DNA of 63,069 nt from sequence record SRR33789315_16. The stretch is one strand, 5' to 3'. This document shows, in pieces, positions 1 through 8,425 of the stretch. A program made the position numbers and the translations under genes. The notes beneath the pieces are model-generated. The model saw only the letters and a list, made by a program, of their open reading frames with translations. It was not told where the DNA came from and made no database searches. The stretch's first letter is position 1. Each line of letters starts with the position of its first letter.

Positions 1-1069
1 TCGAATAAACACCATTTGTGAGAATATCAACTTTCTTGCCAGCGTCGAGCAAAGTATCTAGTAGTGGACGACTATCATCATCAGAGATGAAATATGGCGT
101 ATCAATAAGAACTTTATCCTTAACATTTTTGATTCTTTCAAAAATTTCTTGCTTTAATAAACGATCTTCTCTTCTGTGACGACGGCCATGACCTGGCTTA
201 TCAGAAAAGAAGCTACTTTTATGACAAGTATCGACATACTCTTTACTTAGTAAGTCTTTCCCCAGAGTTCTAACGTTCTCGAGCAACTCTTTATCTTCTT
301 GAGTAACAAAAAGAAAGTTCTTGGCTTCTTGCGCTCTTCTGTTCCAACGTCTTAAATCTTCTCTATACTGCATTCTGCCAGAAGTATGACCTGAACTGCG
401 ACCATTACGAAGGTACTTAACATTGTTGGCGCGTGGTTTGTTATCACGATCAATTTTAATGACGTATTTAGAATCCCAAACGTCATCAAAACTTTCAGCA
501 ACAGCTGTTACAATTTCGCCCTCGACGACAAGGTCACGATCGATAAAATTATATTCTTCAGAAAGATCGAAATATTCATCAGCAATATTTCTTCCACCAA
601 CGACAGCTATTTTATCGTCAATAATCAAACTCTTTCTATGATTTCGGTATTGAGCTTTAGCTCTTAGTAATGAAGTTTTATTGTAAAAGCGAACATCAAT
701 TCCGTGTTGTTCTAACTCATAGGCATGATAAGGAGAAATGGTGGAACCAATCATAAAATGATCAAATAAAAGTCTGATTTTTACACCTTGCTTAGCTTTT
801 TTTACTAGAGCGTGGGTAAACATTCTTCCAGCTTTATCAGTGTTATAAATGAACATCTCAAGATCAATACTCTTTTTAGCCTGCTCAACTAGCTCAAGAC
901 GTTTTTCCATTGCGGAAAGACCAGAATTGAGAACCTGTAACTTATGAGGAGCATCACTTCGTGCCTGAAAAGGATCAACAAAACCTTCGCCCGCATCCTG
1001 GCTAAAACCAGAATTGATAGAAAGTGATAATAGGGCAATTAATGAAATTAAACGCACTCTAAGCTCCAT
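1..1069 (-). CDS. Secreted phospholipase D-family protein (cardiolipin synthase/ClsC-like), C-terminal part beyond window edge
   Basis: Not in the ORF track. Manual translation from ATG 1069 (or GTG 1057 after GGAG): MELRVRLISLIALLSLSINSGFS..LQVLNSGLSAMEKRLELVEQAKKSIDLEMFIY..HRKSLIIDD..GGRNIADEYF. Signal peptide plus HxKxxxxD motif; frame runs off the window. Confidence 0.88.
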   Translation of the reverse strand, partial: MELRVRLISLIALLSLSINSGFSQDAGEGFVDPFQARSDAPHKLQVLNSGLSAMEKRLELVEQAKKSIDLEMFIYNTDKAGRMFTHALVKKAKQGVKIRLLFDHFMIGSTISPYHAYELEQHGIDVRFYNKTSLLRAKAQYRNHRKSLIIDDKIAVVGGRNIADEYFDLSEEYNFIDRDLVVEGEIVTAVAESFDDVWDSKYVIKIDRDNKPRANNVKYLRNGRSSGHTSGRMQYREDLRRWNRRAQEAKNFLFVTQEDKELLENVRTLGKDLLSKEYVDTCHKSSFFSDKPGHGRRHRREDRLLKQEIFERIKNVKDKVLIDTPYFISDDDSRPLLDTLLDAGKKVDILTNGVYS

Positions 1070-1163
1070 TTTGAAAGTAACTAAATTTATCACTTTCACT
1101 ATGACGCGTCGAAGCAAAACACATAATCATGCAATTATGTAATGGTTTAAGTACTTGTAATAA

Positions 1164-3569
1164 CTAATCAGCGTGTTTGAACTCTGGCAATCTCATCACT
1201 AAAAAGATCGGAATTAATAAAAAAGCTGATCCAACATAGTATGGAATGGCCGAGCCATACTTCCAATAAACAAGCGAAGCTGCAATTGGGCCAATCACTC
1301 GCGCAAGTGCACCAAGGCTTCTAAAGATACCAACACTTCTACCCTGCTCATTAGCAGGACTATATAGTGAAACCAAAGCCGTTAAACATGGAATTGCCAT
1401 GGCCGAACCAATCGCCAAAAAGAATAGGCCGAAATAAATCATAAAAGAGCTTTGGGCAAAGCCAATTAAGATAAGACCAGGGATAACGCTAATTAATCCC
1501 ATGAGGGCCATTTTTCTCTCACCAATCTGAGAAGCCTTCCTTCTAACAAGCCCACCTTGAACCATTGCGAGGACAAAGCCGATAAAGATAAACATATAAG
1601 CGTTATCCATCGGCGAATAACCAAGACGTTCAAACGCTAGGAATGTAAGAGTGAATTCCATACCAGAAAAAGCACTAAGGAAAAGAAAATGACTAAAATT
1701 TGTGAGGTTTACACCTGGATATGGCAAAGGAGAAAATAGCTTTAATGGATTAAAACTTCTTTGAAGATGTGATTCTCCACTTTTTCCTTTTGGAAGTGTT
1801 TCTTTAAACCTAAAGAGTAATGACCAGAAATTAAGAAATGATAATACAAAAGCAATCGCTGCAGGAACAGAGAACGGGTTTACTCCATAGGCCGCTAATT
1901 CAGGCCAAGTCTCAAGCAGATTCCATTGTGCAGAAATTCCTCCAAGTGCTGGTCCAAAAATAAAACCAAGAGCAAATGCGATTCCAACAAACGCCATGCC
2001 TTTTGAGCGATTTTTAGATTCTGTCACATCGGCGACAACAGCTGTTGCCGTTGAGATATTACCGCTCATGAAGCCGCCAATAAATCGAGCAAGAATCAGT
2101 ACCGTAAAGCTTCCGGCAAAGAACCACAGGCCATAACTTAGAGTTAAGCATGCAACCGAAATAAGAAGAACTGGCTTTCTACCAATACGATCCGAAATCC
2201 CACCCCAAATAGGAGCGGCGATAAACTGAAGTAATGAGTAAAGTGCACCGAGCGCACCACCAAATAAAACAATAGATGAAACATCAGCTCCACCTGCTTG
2301 TGTGAGACTTGCAATACTACCAAAGATTGCTTTTAAAAAGACATTATCAGCATCAGTTTCAAGGTAGTGTTTTGCCAACTGTGGAAACAAAGGAAAGATG
2401 ATTGAAAAACCAATCAAGTCTAAAAATAGCGTTAAGAACACGATCTTAATACTTGATTTAGCTTTTGGACTTAAAGGAGGAGATTTCATTTTTTGTTCGG
2501 CCATTGGTTCATACCTTGAAGATTCAAAATTAATATATTGAGACTGAATGGCTTTTGAATCACCATTGGCGTGGGCATCGATCAGTGTTGCAAAATCTTT
2601 GCACCACTGATCATCATCATTAAGACACGGAATATGCTGGATATCACCACCAGACTCATGGGCCTGCTCTTTAAGTTCAACCCCAATTTCATCAACAGTT
2701 TCGAGGCAATCAGCAACAAAGGCTGGACAATAAACAGCAATATTTTTTTGACCTAGTTCAATCAATTCATCAACACGATCATCTGTATAAGGAGTTAACC
2801 ACTCTTCAGAACCAAACCTTGATTGAAAAGCATACTCGACATCAACAGGGCTGATCTCTTTGAGGCGTTCTTTAATTAGACAAAATGTTTCATAGCAATG
2901 CTGATAATAAACATCACCGTTATAAATGACCCAACGTTTAGGAATTCCGTGAAAAGACATGATGAGCTTATCAACTTTCTTTTCGGCATTTAATTTCTTC
3001 AGATGTTGGTCCACTAACCTAGCTGAGTTATCAATAAAAGCGTGAGAGCGGTGAAAGTCGGTTAGAAACTCAAAAGGAGGGATCTTAGTTCTCTTTTCAA
3101 GAACTTTGGCAAAGCCATCCATTCCACTAGCAACGGTCGAACCTGAATATTGTGGGAACATGGCAATGGCCAAAAGTCTGGTGGCAGCTTGTTCAGGCTT
3201 ATCCTCTAGATCTTTTTCCCAACTATCCCAAACATCACTAACTCGAGGACTAGACAATAAGAAAGCATGATTGAGTTCTACAGTTTGAGGATCTGGAAGC
3301 GCTTTGCTGACTTTATTGGCAAAAGCTTCTGTAATTGTAATGAGGGGAAAACTTTTTCCGTCCCAAATTCTTGAATAGAGTTTTGCGGAACGCTTTGGCC
3401 TAAATGGTAAAATGAAAAGATGAAGAATGATCTTCCAAAGCCATGGAGTGACATCAACGACACGAGGATCCCCCAAAAACTCCTTTAAATAAGCTCTAAC
3501 ATCGGAGACTTTTGGACTTTTTGGTGAGCCAAGTTGTACTACAACCGCTTTCGTTTTACGTCGATTCAA
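1164..3569 (-). CDS. hemH: Ferrochelatase fused in frame to a C-terminal MFS (TetA/DHA1-like) transporter
   Basis: Residues ~1-335 carry ferrochelatase motifs (LGSP, FLGDPRV, FPQYS, SFHGIP, FQSRFG, WLTPYTD, ADCLETVDEI, CLNDD). Residues ~356-801 are a hydrophobic MFS with LDLIGFSIIFP and motif A (GISDRIGRKP). Confidence 0.9.
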   Translation of the reverse strand: MNRRKTKAVVVQLGSPKSPKVSDVRAYLKEFLGDPRVVDVTPWLWKIILHLFILPFRPKRSAKLYSRIWDGKSFPLITITEAFANKVSKALPDPQTVELNHAFLLSSPRVSDVWDSWEKDLEDKPEQAATRLLAIAMFPQYSGSTVASGMDGFAKVLEKRTKIPPFEFLTDFHRSHAFIDNSARLVDQHLKKLNAEKKVDKLIMSFHGIPKRWVIYNGDVYYQHCYETFCLIKERLKEISPVDVEYAFQSRFGSEEWLTPYTDDRVDELIELGQKNIAVYCPAFVADCLETVDEIGVELKEQAHESGGDIQHIPCLNDDDQWCKDFATLIDAHANGDSKAIQSQYINFESSRYEPMAEQKMKSPPLSPKAKSSIKIVFLTLFLDLIGFSIIFPLFPQLAKHYLETDADNVFLKAIFGSIASLTQAGGADVSSIVLFGGALGALYSLLQFIAAPIWGGISDRIGRKPVLLISVACLTLSYGLWFFAGSFTVLILARFIGGFMSGNISTATAVVADVTESKNRSKGMAFVGIAFALGFIFGPALGGISAQWNLLETWPELAAYGVNPFSVPAAIAFVLSFLNFWSLLFRFKETLPKGKSGESHLQRSFNPLKLFSPLPYPGVNLTNFSHFLFLSAFSGMEFTLTFLAFERLGYSPMDNAYMFIFIGFVLAMVQGGLVRRKASQIGERKMALMGLISVIPGLILIGFAQSSFMIYFGLFFLAIGSAMAIPCLTALVSLYSPANEQGRSVGIFRSLGALARVIGPIAASLVYWKYGSAIPYYVGSAFLLIPIFLVMRLPEFKHAD

Positions 3570-3644
3570 TGCACTACCCAGCTTGTCAAAATTAGGTTAT
3601 TATTGAGCTAAACTAGCAAAATCTCATATATAAGGCAAAAGACT

Positions 3645-4166
3645 GTGGCCAAAAAAAGATCGACAACTTCAGGACGAGGCAAAGAATTAAAAGGGTTTAA
3701 GCTTGGAGAAGCCGTTACTGACTATCCAACCAATTATGCCCCTGAAGTCCTAGAGGCTTTTGACAATAAAAACCCTGGCAAAGTGGCTTGGACAACTTTC
3801 GTCTGTACCGAGTTTACTAGTCTTTGTCCAAAAACGGCTCAGCCGGATTTTGCCCGAATATTCATCAATTATATCGCTGACAAAAAGATGGTCGAATCTA
3901 AATCACTAAAGCTCTACCTCTTTAGTTTTAGAAATCATGGTGACTTCCATGAAGATTGTGTGCAAAAAATCTGTGATGATTTAACAAAATTAATCAAGCC
4001 AAAGTATTTAGAAGTCGTTGGTGAGTTTACGCCAAGAGGTGGGATTGCGATCTATCCATTTGCGAGCTCTAGTTCTAAAGAAAAGGTTTATATCAAGCTT
4101 AGAGAAGAAAGACTTCTAGGCTACGCACCCGGTAAGTACAGCATGCCGCTGTCACGTGTTTACTAA
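3645..4166 (+). CDS. queF: preQ1 synthase (7-cyano-7-deazaguanine reductase), type I
   Basis: EFTSLCPKTAQPDFA, VESKSLKLY, FHEDC and PRGGI motifs. Confidence 0.95.
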   Translation: MAKKRSTTSGRGKELKGFKLGEAVTDYPTNYAPEVLEAFDNKNPGKVAWTTFVCTEFTSLCPKTAQPDFARIFINYIADKKMVESKSLKLYLFSFRNHGDFHEDCVQKICDDLTKLIKPKYLEVVGEFTPRGGIAIYPFASSSSKEKVYIKLREERLLGYAPGKYSMPLSRVY

Positions 4167-4178
4167 AAGGACTTCGTT

Positions 4179-4364
4179 ATGTTTGGACTTGGTACAACTG
4201 AAGCTTTAATTGTTTTGGCCATCATTGTTCTTATGTTTGGTGGACGCAAGCTTCCAGAGCTTGGCAGATCAATGGGCAAGGCTATTACAAATTTCAAGCA
4301 AGGAATGAAAGACGAAGACAATAAAAAAGATAAGAAAGTCGATCCACCGGAAGATAATTCTTAA
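4179..4364 (+). CDS. tatA: Twin-arginine translocase subunit TatA/E
   Basis: Short TM helix, FGGRKLPELGRSMGKAI amphipathic helix, charged tail. Confidence 0.93.
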   Translation: MFGLGTTEALIVLAIIVLMFGGRKLPELGRSMGKAITNFKQGMKDEDNKKDKKVDPPEDNS

Positions 4365-4780
4365 TCGCAAGATCTAAGTAAACTTAATCCATCAAAAATA
4401 AGACCGACTCTCCAAAATTGTGGAATGATCATTTTATAAAGCTGTCTTCTATCTTTTTTGCTTAAAGAACAAAATCCTGCCTGCTCATAGCAATTACTAT
4501 GAGATTCGAAGGCAAACTCTTTAAGCTCCTCACAATCATTAAAACCAGTATTTTTTATTTCGTTGATAAGGCATTCACGAGTATTAGCTAACCATTGCTG
4601 GCCATCATCAGAAAATGAATTCTTGTTATTGATAAACTTTAGACAGTATCTATACCCAAAATTAATTGGATAACCTTTACTTTGACATTGATACTCGCCT
4701 TCAAGCTGTTGATAAAAATCACATTCGCTAGCCTGAACACTCAAACTCGTGAATAGGAAAAATAATAACAAGTATCTCAT
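4361..4780 (-). CDS. Small secreted Cys-rich protein (stanniocalcin-like Cys pattern)
   Basis: Signal peptide (..SVQA), 8 Cys, pattern CDFY..C..GY...GY.YC.KF..GQ.W...R.CL..C..L...AF.SH..CY...GFC. Confidence 0.7.
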   Translation of the reverse strand: MRYLLLFFLFTSLSVQASECDFYQQLEGEYQCQSKGYPINFGYRYCLKFINNKNSFSDDGQQWLANTRECLINEIKNTGFNDCEELKEFAFESHSNCYEQAGFCSLSKKDRRQLYKMIIPQFWRVGLIFDGLSLLRSCD

Positions 4781-4833
4781 TTTATTGATGTAGCACTTAG
4801 CAGTGCTTAAGAATACAAGGTATGAAAAAAGGT

Positions 4834-4860
4834 AAAAAAAAGCCCTCGTAAAGAGGGCTT
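4834..4860 (-). terminator. Rho-independent terminator after the protease gene
   Basis: Stem AAGCCCTC/GAGGGCTT followed by a T-run on the minus strand. Confidence 0.8.
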
Positions 4861-4879
4861 CATTTAAGCTTAGATCAAA

Positions 4880-6142
4880 TTAACGAATTGTATCGACGAA
4901 CATATCGCCTGTTCCAGCGCTATCAAGGTGATCTTTCAAACGAGTTGAAGCAGATCCAGCACCTTCCCAAGAAACGAAGATACGGCCATACCAGTCAGAA
5001 GTCTGGCTAGTACATGAAGCATATCCACCATGAAGCTGACCAATCACGCGGTGATTTTGGTCAAATAGAGGTGATCCTGAAGATCCTGGCTCAGTTGTTC
5101 CAACATCCCAATCAGTTACACGTACGTGAGTTGCATTAGCAACTTCTTCTTCTTTTAAGTAAAGAGTTGCAGTTGTTGGATCATTTTCAAAGCTGATCGC
5201 TTTTTCGTCAGTTGCAGGATGGTGAATAGCAACTGCCATTTCAGCATTTTCACCTGAACGATCCCAACCAGCATAAGTTACACCCCATTCTGGGTTTGGA
5301 GCTTGGTTAAGCTTAACAATTGTGAAGTCTGAAGCAGCGTTAGCAGCTAAAAACTCTGCACCAGTGTTAAATTCAGCAAGACGACCGTTACGTGATCCAC
5401 CACAAGTAGATGCTTGGTAGTTCCAGTAAGTAACTAGTGAAGCAGCTGCACGAGAGTTGCCAACACGACAGTGATTAGCTGTCATGAAATATGGTGTCTT
5501 ATCGTTAGAAGTGTTGTTAACCATGAAGCCTGTACAAAAAGTTGATCCACCTGTTGAGATAACAGCAACAGAATTGATCTCATCTTGCCAGTCATTACCT
5601 TCAGAACAAACAACGTCTACGTTACATGAACCAGACTTTTCAGTTGTTTGAGTGAATGTACGGAAACCTTGGTTGATTTTTGTAAGTTCAAGAGCAAACT
5701 GATCCATTTTGTTAGCAGGAACAGATACTTCGATCATAACGTCATCAGACATAATAACTGGTGTCCAAAGCTGCCCAGCTTTGTTGTTATCAGCTGAAGT
5801 AAATGGACGAATGTGTGAAGAGAAATCAGATGCATAGATTTCAAGCTTCGCGCCTTCTGGTAAATTGAAAGTTTCAAAACCGAAGTTTAAAGAAACAGAG
5901 TTCTTAGAAACGATTCTTCTTTTCCAAACCATAGTGTCGCCAACTTTTTCCCAAGTTGCTTTTTCAGCAGCTGGGGCAACAGTTACGTCATTAGGAATAG
6001 CAAAGCGTGGAGCTTCACCTTTAATTTCACGAACAACTTCTTCATCATGTGCTTTACGAACATCAACTTGTGAAAGGTTGATTGTTTGAACAGCTTGGGC
6101 TTCAAGGCATAACAATAGGCCCAATAGGCTTAAATATTTCAT
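4880..6142 (-). CDS. Secreted trypsin-like serine protease (lysyl endopeptidase / Achromobacter protease I type)
   Basis: Signal peptide, propeptide, CTGFMVNN, TANHC (His), SDFT (Asp), GSSGSPLF (Ser). Confidence 0.9.
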   Translation of the reverse strand: MKYLSLLGLLLCLEAQAVQTINLSQVDVRKAHDEEVVREIKGEAPRFAIPNDVTVAPAAEKATWEKVGDTMVWKRRIVSKNSVSLNFGFETFNLPEGAKLEIYASDFSSHIRPFTSADNNKAGQLWTPVIMSDDVMIEVSVPANKMDQFALELTKINQGFRTFTQTTEKSGSCNVDVVCSEGNDWQDEINSVAVISTGGSTFCTGFMVNNTSNDKTPYFMTANHCRVGNSRAAASLVTYWNYQASTCGGSRNGRLAEFNTGAEFLAANAASDFTIVKLNQAPNPEWGVTYAGWDRSGENAEMAVAIHHPATDEKAISFENDPTTATLYLKEEEVANATHVRVTDWDVGTTEPGSSGSPLFDQNHRVIGQLHGGYASCTSQTSDWYGRIFVSWEGAGSASTRLKDHLDSAGTGDMFVDTIR

Positions 6143-6220
6143 CTAGTCTCCTCTTCCTTGGAAATAAACAATTTCTTGATAGGAAACTCTAGGACGTCAA
6201 ACACAAATGGTCATATAATA

Positions 6221-7726
6221 TTATCTAACATCTGAGCTGAAAGATTGAACTAATCTCATCACGATTGGTTCATCTAATTGCGCTGTAGGCAGCATGAGAA
6301 AGAGTTTTTCACCTAAAGCACTTTGGTCAACTTTTATACTTCTTCGATTTAATAGATAGGCACTATATCGTAATGTTCTATCAATGAGTTTGAGATTTGA
6401 AGGTCTGACCCATGTCATGACGTTGTCTTCATAACGTCCTAGTCGGCCCATGAGTACCGTTGAGTGCGTATTAAGAATCATCTTTAATAAAAGATGCTTA
6501 TAAAGTAAGTGAGTCTTTGAACTACTAGCGTTGGCGATCTCTCCATCAATTTCAATACTGAAACCATCAGTTGAGGCCGTTAAAACAGCCAGGGTCGATT
6601 TTATTTTTCGTGAGTTGACGCGAGATTTAGTTAATTCAAATCCATTTAATCTTGCGTCATTGGCCCTACCATCAAGCTCAGGCCAATCAAGAGTTCTAGG
6701 TTTGTGTCCAAGAATTTTAAAAAAAGCATCACTAGTATCAGTTGCACTCTCCACTGCCATATAATTAAGAGCAGGTTTATCTAGTGGCTCATCCACATGC
6801 TCAAAAGGTGTCATGGAAAACGTCGGGCCACGCTCGGTTGTATCCGTCAGGACACAAATCCCAAAATCATCTGGCGTTATATAAGAAACACATTGATTAG
6901 AACTAATAAGTGCAGCTTCTTTTTTCGAAAGAGCAGACCAATCAGTAAGATTTAATTTTTTTAAATCATTAACTAAATTGTCAGTCAGTTCTTTTAAGGC
7001 AGACTTTGAATCTTGATTAAAAAATAAAGCTAGACCACCGACAAGCATCAACGCCGTTGAAGCTTGCATACGAGTACTGCCAGACAATGCTTGCGGTCCA
7101 AGTACAAAAGATATTTTTTTAATACGTTTATCTTTTAGTATTGTTTCACAGCGCTTTAAAAGCATGAGCTGAGAATTTGGATTACAGTAATTAAACCAAG
7201 ATTTTCCACCAATATCAGCTGCCTCTAAAGCGGCACCAATCACAAAAGGAGTTTCGCCGCCTTCAGAACTTGCGATCAATAAATCTTTATTGCTAAATCC
7301 CAGCTCTTTTAATTGCCTAGCACCAAGATCTGGATAATCTTCAAAGCGCTCAATGGCACGAATAAGAGCTGAATCCCCTCCGGCCATGAAACTAATGACT
7401 TGATCAGACTTATTTAAAAATCGCCAGATCGCTTCAAGTGACAACGATAGTCTTCCTGTAGCACCACAGCCGGCCAAAAAGATGCGCCCACCTTGATCAA
7501 GAGTCGCTTTAACTTCTTTAGAAAGATTCTCTATTTGAGCGGAATACTCGTTAAGCTTTTCCAGCATCTTAAAATCAACATTAAAGATACACTGCCAAGC
7601 TTTCGCCGGATCATTATTAGCTTCATAACTTAAATTTTGGGTTAGCGAACAAGGCGTTTCTGTATCAAGATGCCCGAGAGCAAATTGATCATGTAGAGTT
7701 TTAAATTCTTCCCAAGATTGAATCAT
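6221..7726 (-). CDS. SIS-domain sugar-phosphate protein, MurQ/glucokinase-regulator (GCKR)-like
   Basis: GCGATGRLS, MAGGD, FED, SEGGETPFV, GSTRMQASTA, KMILNTHST, NLKLIDR. Confidence 0.8.
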   Translation of the reverse strand: MIQSWEEFKTLHDQFALGHLDTETPCSLTQNLSYEANNDPAKAWQCIFNVDFKMLEKLNEYSAQIENLSKEVKATLDQGGRIFLAGCGATGRLSLSLEAIWRFLNKSDQVISFMAGGDSALIRAIERFEDYPDLGARQLKELGFSNKDLLIASSEGGETPFVIGAALEAADIGGKSWFNYCNPNSQLMLLKRCETILKDKRIKKISFVLGPQALSGSTRMQASTALMLVGGLALFFNQDSKSALKELTDNLVNDLKKLNLTDWSALSKKEAALISSNQCVSYITPDDFGICVLTDTTERGPTFSMTPFEHVDEPLDKPALNYMAVESATDTSDAFFKILGHKPRTLDWPELDGRANDARLNGFELTKSRVNSRKIKSTLAVLTASTDGFSIEIDGEIANASSSKTHLLYKHLLLKMILNTHSTVLMGRLGRYEDNVMTWVRPSNLKLIDRTLRYSAYLLNRRSIKVDQSALGEKLFLMLPTAQLDEPIVMRLVQSFSSDVR

Positions 7727-7751
7727 AAAAAAAGCCCTCCAAACGGAGGGC
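7727..7751 (-). terminator. Terminator after rpsP-khpA, abutting the next start codon
   Basis: GCCCTCC-gttt-GGAGGGC followed by T7 on the minus strand. Confidence 0.75.
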
Positions 7752-7796
7752 CCTCAAAAAGTTTTTTATAGTATAGAACTCTTTTTGCTTTTAATG

Positions 7797-8036
7797 CTAC
7801 TCAATGATCTCTAGGACTGAGCGCTTCTTTAGTTTTGTAGAAGCTGCATTAAGAATAGTTCTAAGGGCACGAGCCGTGCGGCCTTGCTTACCAATAACTT
7901 TACCAAGATCAGTCTTATCAACCTTCAACTCGATAACAGTAGTTTGCTCGCCAACGATCTCGTTAACTTCAACATTTTCAGGCATATCAACAAGTGCCTT
8001 ACTTACGTATGTAATTAAATCTTTTAATTCACTCAT
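7797..8036 (-). CDS. khpA: KH-domain RNA-binding protein KhpA
   Basis: [17 protein letters not shown] GxxG KH motif; downstream of rpsP. Confidence 0.93.
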   Translation of the reverse strand: MSELKDLITYVSKALVDMPENVEVNEIVGEQTTVIELKVDKTDLGKVIGKQGRTARALRTILNAASTKLKKRSVLEIIE

Positions 8037-8084
8037 GTCTAACTCCTAAATTTTAACAAAAACAACGAATACAGGAGTGTGATC

Positions 8085-8336
8085 TTATTTAAGAGCGATT
8101 TTATTGCGCTTAAGAAGTGACTTAACTGTATCTGACATAGTTGCGCCTTTTGCTACCCATGCAGCAATCGAGTCAGCATTTACGTTAGTTAGTGTCTTAC
8201 CTTCTTCTTGTGATGGATCGTAGTTACCCATGCGCTCAAGGAAGCGACCATTACGTGCACTACGTGAGTCAGTAGCGACAATAGTATAAAGAGGTTGATG
8301 TGTACGGCCACCGCGGGCTAAACGAATAGTTACCAT
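8085..8336 (-). CDS. rpsP: 30S ribosomal protein S16
   Basis: MVTIRLARGG..YTIVATDSRSARNGRFLERMGNYDP. Confidence 0.97.
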   Translation of the reverse strand: MVTIRLARGGRTHQPLYTIVATDSRSARNGRFLERMGNYDPSQEEGKTLTNVNADSIAAWVAKGATMSDTVKSLLKRNKIALK

Positions 8337-8386
8337 GAAACTTAACTCCTAAATCGGATTTTCAACATATTAACAACAGCTTCGGG

Positions 8387-8415
8387 AATCTAATCTATGC
8401 GCCACAATCAGTCAA
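8387..8415 (-). promoter_or_regulatory. sigma70-type promoter for rpsP
   Basis: TTGACT-N17-TAGATT on the minus strand. Confidence 0.6.
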
Positions 8416-8425
8416 TTTGAAAAGG

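Noticed and set aside
7752-7800. Absence of rimM-trmD-rplS after khpA (and of thrS before infC)
   Set aside because: Operon splitting is common and these genes are probably elsewhere; it cannot be assessed from this window.
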